A stretch of DNA of 53,366 nt, filler included, from Sphacelaria rigidula (lineage: Eukaryota), in assembly GCA_964200075.2 (NCBI GenBank). It is 3 parts of 3 records of this genome, joined end to end, with 100 filler letters (N's around TTAATTAATTAA, not from the genome) between each part and the next. Parts side by side here need not be neighbours in the genome. Positions count along the whole stretch, not along the records: positions 17,824 to 35,545 come from CAXNAA020001010.1; 2 more parts are not named here. One strand, 5' to 3'. The notes below the pieces were generated by a model. It ran no database searches. It was not told where the DNA came from and saw only the letters and a list, made by a program, of their open reading frames with translations. Made by a program: the position numbers and the translations under genes. Shown here in pieces: positions 24,301 to 34,530 of this stretch. The stretch's first letter is position 1; the number at the start of each line of letters is the position of its first letter.

Positions 24301-27300
24301 AGAGTATTTGAGGTCGTGCTCAAATTACCTAGAATTTGAGTAGAGTATTTGAGGTCATACTCAATATACCCAAAATTTAAGTAGAGTATTTGGGTCCGTA
24401 CCCAACCTTCTCAAAATTTGAGTAGAGTATTTGAGGCCGTACTTAGTCTACTCAAAACTTGAGTAGAGTACATACTCGTGTGTTTTACCCGAATACAAAA
24501 GTACATACTCTACTCGACCTGCCCTTAAAATAGTGTTCATGTGCTGTGATCAAGCTTTGTCCGATGGGACCAACAGACTCACCTGGACATGAACGAGACG
24601 GGAAGATCTGGTCGACTGGCTGGCAGGGTCGCAAATGCGTTAGCGGAAGAGTGCAGTATGGCTGCGAGCTGCGCGTCGACGGACGAGAACCCGTTGATAC
24701 TGACGACCGACCGGAGGCTCGAGCGGTAAAGCGGGTGGTCGCCGTACCGCAGCGCGAATGCGATTGCTATCGCTGTTCCGTTGCCAATGCCCAGCTGTTG
24801 TGGAGGTCAGCGAGGATTTGCGTTTCAGTAGTTGCAGCTAGTTAGTACTATGGTATACTTTGTTGATCGCGTGTTCACTTCTGGTGTGAGGAAAGGGCAG
24901 GAATAACAGCTTCTACGATCTCACGGAGAGAAGGCAGGGATCAGCCGCTGAGGATATCCGACAGTTCTAATACATGACACTTCATTGACTGTTCGCTAGC
25001 TCAACAGACACTGTTATTTGCGTTGTGCACCGCAAGGACACCGCGCACGTCGACGACGCCTCGGCAAAGTAAGCAGCTCACCAGATGGAACGGACTCGCC
25101 AGTTTCATAACACCAATGGAGTTGACGTGCTGTAGCAATTCATGTAGTCGAGGGGCTACGAACGTATTGTTCGGCACGCACCCCCTCTGGTCAGCCGTCG
25201 CTGCCGTTGCCCCGTCTACATCGACCGGCTTTGGGGTACCTTCTCGTCCATCGGGGCCTCCCGTGCCTGTACCAACACGACGCACGGCATCAGTCACCAT
25301 GGACGTTGGAACACCAAACACCGTACCCGACTGTCCCGGGTAGGAAAAGGCCAGAACACGGCAGCCGCGATGTCGGCGCGTGATCGATTTGAAGAGAACT
25401 TCGGTTTTATCGACGTTGTCGAAGAAGTCGTGTACGACGACAAAATTGCACGAGGACACCTTGCTCCCCGAGGCACCGGACTCCCCGCACACGCGATACG
25501 GCAGTCGGGTCTTGCCATCGGAGCACATGAATTCGCCTTCTAGACCAGCACTGTCTCCTTGCGCACCAAAGTTCTTGCCGGCGGGGTTCATGAGCCTATC
25601 CGAGGCCAACACCTGCGCCTGTGCTGCCGCCTTGCCTGCTGCATCCGAGTAGCACCATGCCGGGGCATTGAGAACCTGAGCGAGCCTGTACTAGGTTGCG
25701 AACTTTCCGTTTTGTTTTAGTTTACGTCTATAATTCGGTCTCAATCATCGCGACGGCCTCGTGATCGACCTTTGACACTTCGTTTTTTGCCGGCAAGTAG
25801 TAATGAGAATGCTGCGCGGCGGTCACTGCTCGTCAGCACGGCATCGGCGGTCGCCGTTATCGCCCTTCCTTCCCGTACACCTGTACATTCTCGTACGACC
25901 CACCTTTTCCCGTGTTCACCACACCGGTAGGCGCCGGTTTATCCTGAGGTGATCCCAACCGCGACGGAGTGACGTTGAATCTACGCCCGTCTGATGAGTT
26001 GTCACAACCAAAGGCAAAGCCAGTGCTGGTTCGCATCGGCGAAGTAGCGGGACCAACGACCAGGAGCGATCCCACTCCAACAACACGGTTCTTCGCGCTT
26101 GTCGCCGCCGTAGTAGTAGTAGTAGCACCAACACTCATAGACGCTCCAGCAACCGACGTAGATCGAGCATCGCCACCCGTGCTCCTCTCCTTGCGATCGA
26201 CGTTGTCCTTGTCGGCCGAGCGTCGCGGAAACCGCCCTCTTTGTCTTCCGCCCAATCGGGAGGGGGACGGGCTGCACCGGCGTCGGCGCCTCGTTGTGGT
26301 CGACATTTCGGCGAGGTCAAGAGGCTGGGAACATGATGCCAAATCTTGAGAACACGTCGTGCTAGGGAAACTAGCTTCGCGTCCTACGTCTATTGCACCT
26401 GCTCGTCCCGCTCCCCAACCCATCACGTCTGCTGCGGGCGGAACGATGTTGGTGCGCGCGTGTCCATTTCCTGTCATCCACCGGTTGGCCTGGACGACAC
26501 CTAGCACCCACAGGCTCAAGTTTCCTGCGGCGTTACTAAACGGTCGTACAGCGGCGGGACGGAATCCTGGACTTGAAAGGGCCGGCTCAAGGGCTCGCAA
26601 TTGATGCCGCGTGACTCTACGCGGATCGAGCGTTTGCAGTCGACAGAAGAAATCTTTGCTGCTAATTACTGCGCGGGCATTGGGCCACGAGGTCGCGAGA
26701 CAGTCGCTCTCGCTACGTTTCCGCCTGTCGAGGAGCCGCAGTGCCGCAGATGCCACATAGATCACAGCCGCAGGAGGGCGGCAGAAAGAACGCAGCTCGG
26801 AGATATCGGCCTGCGAAATGGCATCCATCGCCTTGCGCGCCTCCGCCAGCGACAGAACCTGCGGGGAGTGCTCAAAGCCCTCATCCACTTCTAGGGACAC
26901 GGGCTGTGAACCAGGCCCGTGCGCAAGGTCGGCGCTGCCCTGCCTTCCTTGCGTTTTTGTCATTGCTACGCCACTAACACAAACCACGGGGTGCAAAAGG
27001 CCCTCAGAGTCCGAGCATGTCGTGCTACCTCCGTCTAAGGAACCCACGGAATCAATTATACTGGATGTCATATGGTGTGTACATGACTTCTGACGCTTGT
27101 CGCCGCCAGTTGCTTCGCGACGTGCCCGTGGTTGTCGCAAACTGCGCGCTCGCGCTTCGTCGATCAGCGTGTAAACCATGTGACAATTAGAGCAAACTCT
27201 GACAGAACGGTAGTATACTCCCGGGAGTCTTCCTCCTACTAGACTCAGCTCCTCCCTTCCTCCCCCGTCCTCGCTCGGGTCTACGAAAGTTCCTCCCTCC

Positions 27301-30300
27301 CCGCGTGTGTACCGGCGCAAAAACGCCTCCACCAGGACGCGTTCTTGTCGAGCCTGCACCACTGACTTGTACGGAATGTAGTGTTGTTCGGAACCAGTAT
27401 CCGTGTGACGTGTTACCTTGGGTCCCCGGCCCGAAAGCCTCACACCGCTGGCCGACACGTGGCCAAGCGGCTCGTTTTCCATTGATAGAAGTTTGAGACG
27501 AAACGGGGAGAGATATCCTGCGAGCCCGCCTGCTGAGGTCTTTTCAATGAAGGATTGGTGCTCTTCTTCATTTCTCATCCGAATACCAACATCGAACTCA
27601 CAGAAGTCTCCCTTGCAGCCCTCGAGCTGGAAAAGCAGGGCGGGTGATCGGACGTGAACAAAAAACACATAAATACCTCAAGTTCTTTGGGCACCCCTCC
27701 AACACTCGGTCAAGAACGTTCGAGGCTGCTCCGTTGATTGTTCTACATCATTTGCTCGATGAGCGGACGATTAACACACATCGTGGCTCATGAAGGAGAA
27801 AAGCCCGATAAATATTCTTCATGAACACTCGATGTATTTCCAGAACCTTACCCACACATCTAGTTATTGATATTTCAGTGTGCCTCAAATACATCCTATT
27901 CCGGCCTCACCTGAGTGCTACCGTAGATGCGGTTGATCGCCGTTTGATCCAGGCCATATTTGCAGGTGCTGAAGCACTCGGGCATCATCGATGGCCTCGG
28001 CGGAGGGGAATGTTGTTCAACATCGTTGGCAACAGCCTCACCATAATCCACATCACAACCATTAGCATCGGTAGCGGTATTGCTTTCACCCGCAGCTTCC
28101 TCGTTCTCGAGACCTGTCAACAAGACCGATGATGGGGTTTTGCTTGTGAAACCTCTACCAGCAGTATCGTGTCCCGGAGTTCCAGCAATCCTCGCCGATC
28201 TCGACGGTGGTGGTGGGGATTCACTGTTCGATTGCCCCGCTCGAAGATTATCCATCTGTGTAGTAACCTCCGATAATGGATCCTGCCTTTTTCGTGCGCT
28301 CATGCGATGCTGTCGGCGGCGTCGGCTACCACGATCGCCCACGCCGTCGACCCCTCGATGTGCTTTTGGCGATCGGTAGCCAACAGTCTGCAGCAAGCAC
28401 GAGAATTCGGTGTCGCTCAAGTTGCGACTGTCTTCTTCCGCCTGTCTTTTTTTGCTGCGCTGCTCCGTTGCCAGTACTCGCACCGTTCCTACGCCGCCGG
28501 CACTTTCATTTTCCCCTCCAATGTTCGTCACGACGATGGTGCCCGAGGTGTCTTTCACCGCCGCATATTTCCCCGCGAGAGAAGCGGGTTGTTTAACGGG
28601 TGGCCTTGAAGCGATAATGCACGAAGTTACACTGAGTAGCCACAGGTTGTCTTGATCATCTGCCACGAATTCGGTTGCAAGACGTAGCACCCTACACTTT
28701 TTGGTGCGCTCGACAGCCAAAACTATGGCACCGACGGCAGCATTCATGTCGGAGTTCAAAACAGCGTTTCTGCTCAGGACAAGGTCGTACTTGTGTTGAG
28801 TATTTTGGCTGTTACTGTCGTTCCTCCCGCGGGCGTTGTGCGTTGTCGTCACCTCCGACGCGACAACGCGCCGATACGGCTTGCTCGCGGGTACGGCGCC
28901 ACCCATTTCCCCAACCACGTACTCGTGCTGGTAGTTCGCAAATTCGCCTGTGATGCTGAAGTCTTTGGAGCGCACGAAAGGGTGAAGATATTCGAAGTCC
29001 GATGGCATTGCCCCGGCCTTGGCTGCGGTGCGAAAAGCCTTCAAAGTGATCGGCAGGTAGCCTCTGTGACTTGTTTTCGCCACGACGACCACGTCATCGC
29101 GGAGGGTACATTCCTGCTCGCCGTCCACATGAACTTGCTGCTGTTCCTTGCTATCGCGCGCCCGTGACGACATCGCCCTTTCTATATTTTCGAGGCTGCC
29201 ACACCATGGGAATTCAAAAGAGGGGTCACGTATATGTATCAGCTAAGGCGGGGTCGCGGGCGTGCTACAGTTGACTCCTACCGCTCGGACTGCACTGTTA
29301 GTCTGCCACGATGCATCACAGTGCACACAGTGGACCACCTTACGTACCCTCATGTTAGGGTCACACCCAGCAGAATTTTGGGGGTGGAACTTAGAGCAAG
29401 AGAAGATTAATGCAATAGAAGAAGCCCATATCCCTTCGGTGTGGAGGTGTGAACTGGTTTGGCTCACCAGTCAACTGGTTACAAAAAATTACAACCAATC
29501 ACACTGTCGCCTCGCGACTCCGCCAGCGATGCCTGGGAAGGCAGCGCGGCGGAGTCGCGTGAACGGCTTCCCCCGGCTGGTGGGGGGGTGCCGGAGGGAA
29601 GAACATTACGCCATTTTGCTTCAAATCTCTTCAAAATCGCGGTAAATTCTAGTCGCCTGGTGCCAACAATTCGAGCACATAATCGATGCACAAAATTATA
29701 CATGTATGGGGGGGAAAGGCATATCACTGAAGTTTGCGACATGAATTCAAAAACGAAGCGGTGAGACAGTAGTGCAGCATAATAGCGTTCCGCGTGTACC
29801 ACCCAAGCGCCAGGAACTACTAGTAGCACGACAACTTAGTAACGTTGTTGAGTGTGACTTCATTAGCCGGGAAAAATTAACAAAAAAATCGACTCTTCCC
29901 CATGCTTCGGGATCACATTGACTAGCCACCATTGAACGCTTATAACGCTTGATGCCGACAGAATAAAGCAAAGCACACACAACAATGCTACCACACGCAG
30001 TTTTGCTTCACATTTCAGGCCCGTTCAATCAACAACTGTCCGTGCCCAACATCTATTTTTTTACATGACAATATATAGTCTGCGATATTCATGTTCACGT
30101 CTAGGAGTGTGCTCTGTGCGGTCATGCACTCGCCTCTGTAACAGCGTCTACACGGTCATTGTAGCACTACAATACTTCAGAAAAATTGACTTGAGTATCA
30201 CAGATATGTGCACAGAACATTTTCGAGTATGACTCATATGTCATGTAAAATAACTGGTCCAACTGGTTCCAAAACCGATTAGTTAACCAGTTGCAACAGT

Positions 30301-31000
30301 TGATTGTAACTGGTCAGTTAAACTGGCAGCTACTTCACAACTCTACTTCAGTGTGTATCACCCACGATTCAATAGAAGAGACAGCACGTGCATACGCGTG
30401 CCAAGCACGATGGTATCCCGTGAAAATCTTTTCTGACCACCGGTCTTCGCTTGACTGTCCTTTTGTCACAGGTCTAAGATATGGGGTTCAACGGTTTGAT
30501 CCTACGTGTTAATGCCAGGACACCGCACACCGGTTACAGTTTACGGTGTGGTACAATACGACAACTCGTGCGACTGTGCTCACACGTGAGAAGTGCTACA
30601 AATCCCCATTCCTCCGCCAAATGATTATTTACACTCGAAACCCATCACTCGATTGCCTGAGAAAGCGTTCCGCCTTGCGCTGCACCCATCCATCAGTTCC
30701 CGTGAAAAAGAAATCCTCAGGGTGGCCACCGCCCGTAGCCTCCATGACGATAGTGTCGAGCATCTTGACGCGCAGCGGCGGGTCTGAGCGACCGCCATTC
30801 GTCTTCGAGGACGAGGAAGCAAGACATCCCAGAACAACCCTCCAAGGGTTCTTCAGGACTGATCTCACTCCTGAAACAATCTCCGGTGGAGGAGAGACAT
30901 CACGAGTGATATTGCGATATGTTCCCGAGGCATCCTGCCCGGCGTCCCGACGCCGACAAAGGCCTGGTGCTCGTTCTCGCGCTCCTGCATCGCCCGCCAT
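18342..31000 (-). CDS. Gene B (3'-truncated at the contig join): giant multidomain protein with ATP-grasp-like N-region, Cys motifs, dynein-type microtubule-binding domain, pseudo alpha/beta-hydrolase, six IQ motifs and coiled coil; probably flagellar or cytoskeletal
   Basis: Exons: 31000-30657 (ATG; probable GC donor), 29656-~29500/29600 (end uncertain), ~29190-27911 (start uncertain), 27626-25881, 25675-25082, 24794-24583, 22171-19252, 18486-18342 (probable GC donor). Phases match from 27911 onward. More than 2,400 aa visible. Confidence 0.8.
19252..22171 (-). CDS. Gene B 2.9-kb exon: C-terminal half of the hydrolase fold, low-complexity linker, coiled coil and six IQ motifs
   Basis: Inside the 1011-aa ORF. 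Acceptor tggcag|ATACGT (phase 2), donor ACCAAG|gtgacc. Motifs PLVLLQSTEDLLV and RAGHEV; IQ motifs VQSLVRGVLGR, VQTAARGLLQR, LQRVSRGMLGR, VQRCYRGHLGR, IQAWWRCKCMV, IQRIYRGVIGR. Confidence 0.9.
23010..23430. repeat. Minisatellite array 1 (41-bp A units and ~70-bp B units, order AAB AAB AA)
   Basis: Consensus A: gagtagagtatttgaggtcgtactcaatctacccaaaattt. Confidence 0.92.
23909..24480. repeat. Minisatellite array 2 (order AA B AAAA B AAAA)
   Basis: Same 41-bp and ~70-bp units as array 1. Confidence 0.92.
24583..24794 (-). CDS. Gene B exon with the hydrolase nucleophile elbow (LGIGNGTAIAIAFALRY...SVVSING)
   Basis: Acceptor caacag|CTGGGC, donor GTCCAG|gtgagt, 212 nt, phase 0/2. Not in the ORF track. 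Confidence 0.85.
25082..25675 (-). CDS. Gene B exon: N-terminal strands of the alpha/beta-hydrolase fold
   Basis: SDGKTRLPYRVCG, NFVVVHDFFD, CRVLAFSYPGQSGT; acceptor gctcag|GTTCTC, donor CATCTG|gtgagc. Confidence 0.87.
25881..27626 (-). CDS. Gene B exon with Cys motifs and a dynein-type microtubule-binding domain
   Basis: Inside the 603-aa ORF. Acceptor ttccag|CTCGAG, donor GTACAG|gtgtac. CKGDFC, VRVCSNCHMVY, then LAEARKAMDAISQADISELRSFCRPPAAV...WVLGVVQ. Confidence 0.87.
27911..29190 (-). CDS. Gene B exon: ATP-grasp-like region plus low-complexity linker
   Basis: 425-aa ORF with YLHPFV and VLRLATEFVADDQDNLWLLSV; donor ACTCAG|gtgagg; exon start either 29181 or 29195. Confidence 0.8.
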
Positions 31001-32052
31001 GATTCACTGTGCGTGTGATGCAGAACACGTGAAATTCTCCAACGACACCTGGCCTCACGGAGGCGCTGTTTGGCGTGTCCAAACTCCTACCACATGACTC
31101 ATGCACACCGTGGGAGTTCACGATATGTTACAACATTGGCGTCACCATCGACCGATTTCCATTTCCATGAAGGGTACGTGCGGTGTAGACACGCCGTTCG
31201 ACGCAGAGTCGGCGTCGGCTGATAGATGCCCACCAGGGGCAATGCAGTCCTCCGCCGCTTGTGTCTGTTCGCAAGTCCCCCTAGAATGTTGTGATGTCGC
31301 ACTTTTCACTGGACGACTCTACGCCAGCAACAAGTAGCAGCTATGCTACTCTGCATTTGCATCTATACACACAAGGGCATGTATGCTGTTTGTGGCACGG
31401 GCTCAGCTCCTTGTGACGGTGATTTGAACTTTGAATCTACGCCGTCGGGGCTGCGAGAGGGTACCGCCGCGTGCGGTGAGTTTTTTTAAATATTCGTCCA
31501 ATCAGAACATCGACCCCAACTGCGAACCGGCACAAAGGGGGTGATGGAGGCCCGGATCGCTTTACAGCATTATATCCGGCTCGCTTGCGGCGAGGCCGCT
31601 AATTTCGGGGATGATAGATTACACTCCCCAGCGATGATTTCAAAGTGTTTTTCTTCTTTCTCGTGAATCGTTGACTATTGTGCTACCTTACATGTGTTCA
31701 TATTCATGGAAAAAAGTAGTCGAGGCGTTGAGATATTTCGATCAAAAGCATCCCTATCTTGATTGCGAAGCATAAGCCACCCATAAAATGATTTTTATGA
31801 GGGGGTGTTATAACCCGTAGCCTACGATACTCAGACTCCCACAGTACCACAGATCACCAACCCCATTCCAACCGCACTCCCGGGCGGAGTATCTCTGAAG
31901 CTTCCCCGCGATAGTTCAGGCATCTTCCGTCGAATATTGTGTTGGCTACCCATTCGAGTGTTCAATCGAACGCCATCACCTACCGTTCAAGGGTTCGTTC
32001 CACTGCACGGTACGTGCTGACCTTCCGGTTTTGGGGTCTTGCCAGAAAGGAC
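31001..32052. promoter_or_regulatory. Probable bidirectional promoter and 5' UTRs between gene B and CARM1
   Basis: Divergent start codons at 31000 (-) and 32053 (+); inferred from gene orientation only. Confidence 0.45.
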
Positions 32053-32352
32053 ATGGCAGACAAAACGGTGGAGAGGACAGCACCTACATCGGGGAACACT
32101 GTAGAAGACGTGCCGCCACTCACTAACGGGAAATCGCACGGCAAGGGCGAGGAGCGTGTCTCACCGATGCCAGCAGCTGCGGGTGCGGCAAAAAACCAGG
32201 AACATGATGGTACCGAAGAACACAACGAAACCAAAAAGAGCCCTTTTGATCAGTACTACTCTCAACTGATACACCAGCAGAATATGCTCCAGGATAGCGT
32301 TAGGGTGACGGCGTATCAGCGGGCCATCTGCGAGAATGCTGCGGATTTCAAG
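32053..32352 (+). CDS. CARM1: Gene C exon 1: protein arginine N-methyltransferase, CARM1/PRMT4 type (remainder not in window)
   Basis: MADKTV...FDQYYSQLIHQQNMLQDSVRVTAYQRAICENAADFK|gtgaga matches the CARM1/PRMT4 pattern YYxxLxHQQNMLQDxVRTxxYxxAIxxNxxDF that precedes the SAM-binding VLDVG motif. Confidence 0.85.
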
Positions 32353-33559
32353 GTGAGAATGGCAAGGACGGGACATCTCTTCATTTATTTGGTTGATTTG
32401 GTACGAGTGTGTCTTGTCATTTTGGAGTGTTTCTACTTGTTTTTGCCATTACTTTTGTTGTGGAGGAACGAGACGGTATCCCATTCCATTATCATGTGCT
32501 TCGTTTGTTGTTCCTATTAATACGAGTATCACGTATAGATACAGACGCTACCCTGCAGTGCGGTGCAATACAGTTGCACTACAGTACGATACAGTCGATT
32601 CAAAGTGGAATAGCTTTTGCTGTAGCCGCATGTTTGGCAACCGCTCTTTGCAAAATACTTTGAAATGCCAATTTCGGTCCATATTTGGGCTACTGTAACA
32701 CTTGTGGTTATGTCCTTGACTTCAAGATGACAGCATAAGGCGGGGAGATGAGAGTAAATCCTTGAACTCCCACAAGTGAGCAACAAATCAACGTCTGGTA
32801 GCCATTTTTCAAGTCAGCATCAGGTCGATTCCACAAATTGTCACCCTCGGCGTTTCTATGGATTCGTTAGCCGTTGAGTGCCCGCAGATGGATGTTGGGT
32901 GTTACCCTCATTTTTCAAGTAAAGAAGGTGTCGATTCAACAGATGGACACCCCTGTGGGTGGTCAGGAGGTCAACAGGTACCCAATTTGCCGAGCACCGA
33001 AAGCGTTAAGCCTTTCAGCCCCCGAGGAGGCAACTGTTTTTTTCTTCTATTTCGCCGTGGGTTCGGAACACTGTACACGTTGGTTCACGCTCATGACGCA
33101 AAATTGTGTCATCAGCGAATGCCTTTCGCAATACATACCCAATAGTCTCATACATGGTATTTTACTGACCGCCGTGGACAGCTGAAGAGCGTGACATAGC
33201 CGGATTTGTGTGTAAGGCCATAGTAGTAGCGCTGAGGGGGGAGAAGTATATCGACCAATCAGCGCCCGTCAAATTATTCCGAGATCGGAAGTACATCTCC
33301 CAAGCCCATTTTCCACCCAATTTCCACATGCTTAAAATCGTAGTAACCTTCATCGGCTCGGGAATCTGATGAAAAAAGACATCATTGAAAACAGTTGCTG
33401 TGGGGCTCGAAATATACCCAAAACCGTGATGTTTCGGTGATAACGGGTGTTGGCGTCGTCTAATATCCACTGATGAGACACGAAAGATCCAGGGAGCCTC
33501 GTGAAAAAAAACTCAGATCATCCTCAAACTTGGCAGTTCCTTAGAGAATGATGCTCCGA

Positions 33560-34530
33560 ATGGAACAACTGCATTCTTGACAATATTTCAGAGTTTCCCC
33601 GTTCTCTACCGGCTTCCGGGGGTTCCAGTATGAAGACCCCCGGAAGCCGGTAGAGAATGTCGCAAAAGAAAAACAAGATGATGCGTCCCAGAATAGTCCA
33701 AGGAGCACATGAACAAAGCTTGGAGAAAAAACTCGGAAACCTCACACATTTTTTTTTCCTTGACGTAAAATTCACCCAAAAATACGTTTTCATACTAGAA
33801 CGAAGTAGTTAGGAGTTGCAGGTTTCAAGTTCACGTCCTCCACAAACGCGCAAACTTTTCACGCCCTTATTAGGAGTTAGACCCTGAAACTTTGCACAAA
33901 GGTACCCTGTGTCATTACGCAACTTTATATAGACGAGGTTTTTCTACTTCTTGAGGTTTTTATCGTTCTTCGGAGGTCCGACGGGATCCAAGCAAGACGT
34001 TTTTCGAAGCAGTCTCCCTTCTGGGACCCCGGAAAACCGGCAGTACCCAAGGAAGTGACCCACAAACGTTTGTGGCAAAACTCGATCAACCGGTGCTTGA
34101 ATGCATGTTCACGTGAAAGAAGGACCAAAAACGCCGTTTTCGTACTAAAACCAAGTAGTTTGCGGTTTCACCGCGGCACGGCAAAGTTCATCGCACAAAA
34201 GCAAAAAAGTTCACGCCGGTTCAAGGAGTGAAACCCTGGAATCTTGCACAACTATGCTACGGATCATTGCGCATCTTGGATGAACAAGGATTTTCTGGGG
34301 GGGGGATCCGTTTTACGGGGGTGCGATTGGATCGATGTTTCCCCGGAAGAACTGGGATCCCCGAAAAACGGTGAAAAAGTAAAAGAGTAAAGAAGTAAAA
34401 ATAAAATCGACCTTCCGAAGTTGCGCATTCCCCAGAGAACATCTGTGCAAAATTTCAGGGTCTTACCAGTCTTGCGCGAAAATGATGGAAAAAAAAATCC
34501 AATACCGGAATGCCTGCATAGCAGAACCAT
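33560..34530. repeat. Degenerate ~350-bp-period repeat, probably a transposon remnant, in the CARM1 intron
   Basis: gttttc(a/g)tacta(g/a)aac(g/c)aagtagtt at ~33786 and ~34136; accctg(a/g)aa..ttgcaca at ~33881 and ~34232, with an inverted copy at ~34445. Confidence 0.55.

Larger units (their letters stand above)
22937..24527. mobile_element. Composite non-autonomous hAT-like element with two minisatellite arrays and an internal extra right end
   Basis: Perfect 8-bp TSD AAATAGTG at 22929-22936 and 24528-24535. TIRs caagagcaggttgagtagagtat / atactctactcgacctgccctta. A further right TIR ends at 23477. Confidence 0.88.

Noticed and set aside
23010-24480. CRISPR-like appearance of regularly spaced palindromic repeats
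   Set aside because: Units are contiguous with no unique spacers, lie inside a TIR/TSD-bounded element in a eukaryotic intron, and no cas genes are present
32353-32520. Hydrophobic C-terminal extension of the CARM1 ORF
   Set aside because: Read-through into the intron past the strong AAG|gtgaga donor
33455-33495. Hammerhead-like core ctgatgag-acac-gaaa
   Set aside because: Stem II is only 1 bp and no convincing stem I forms
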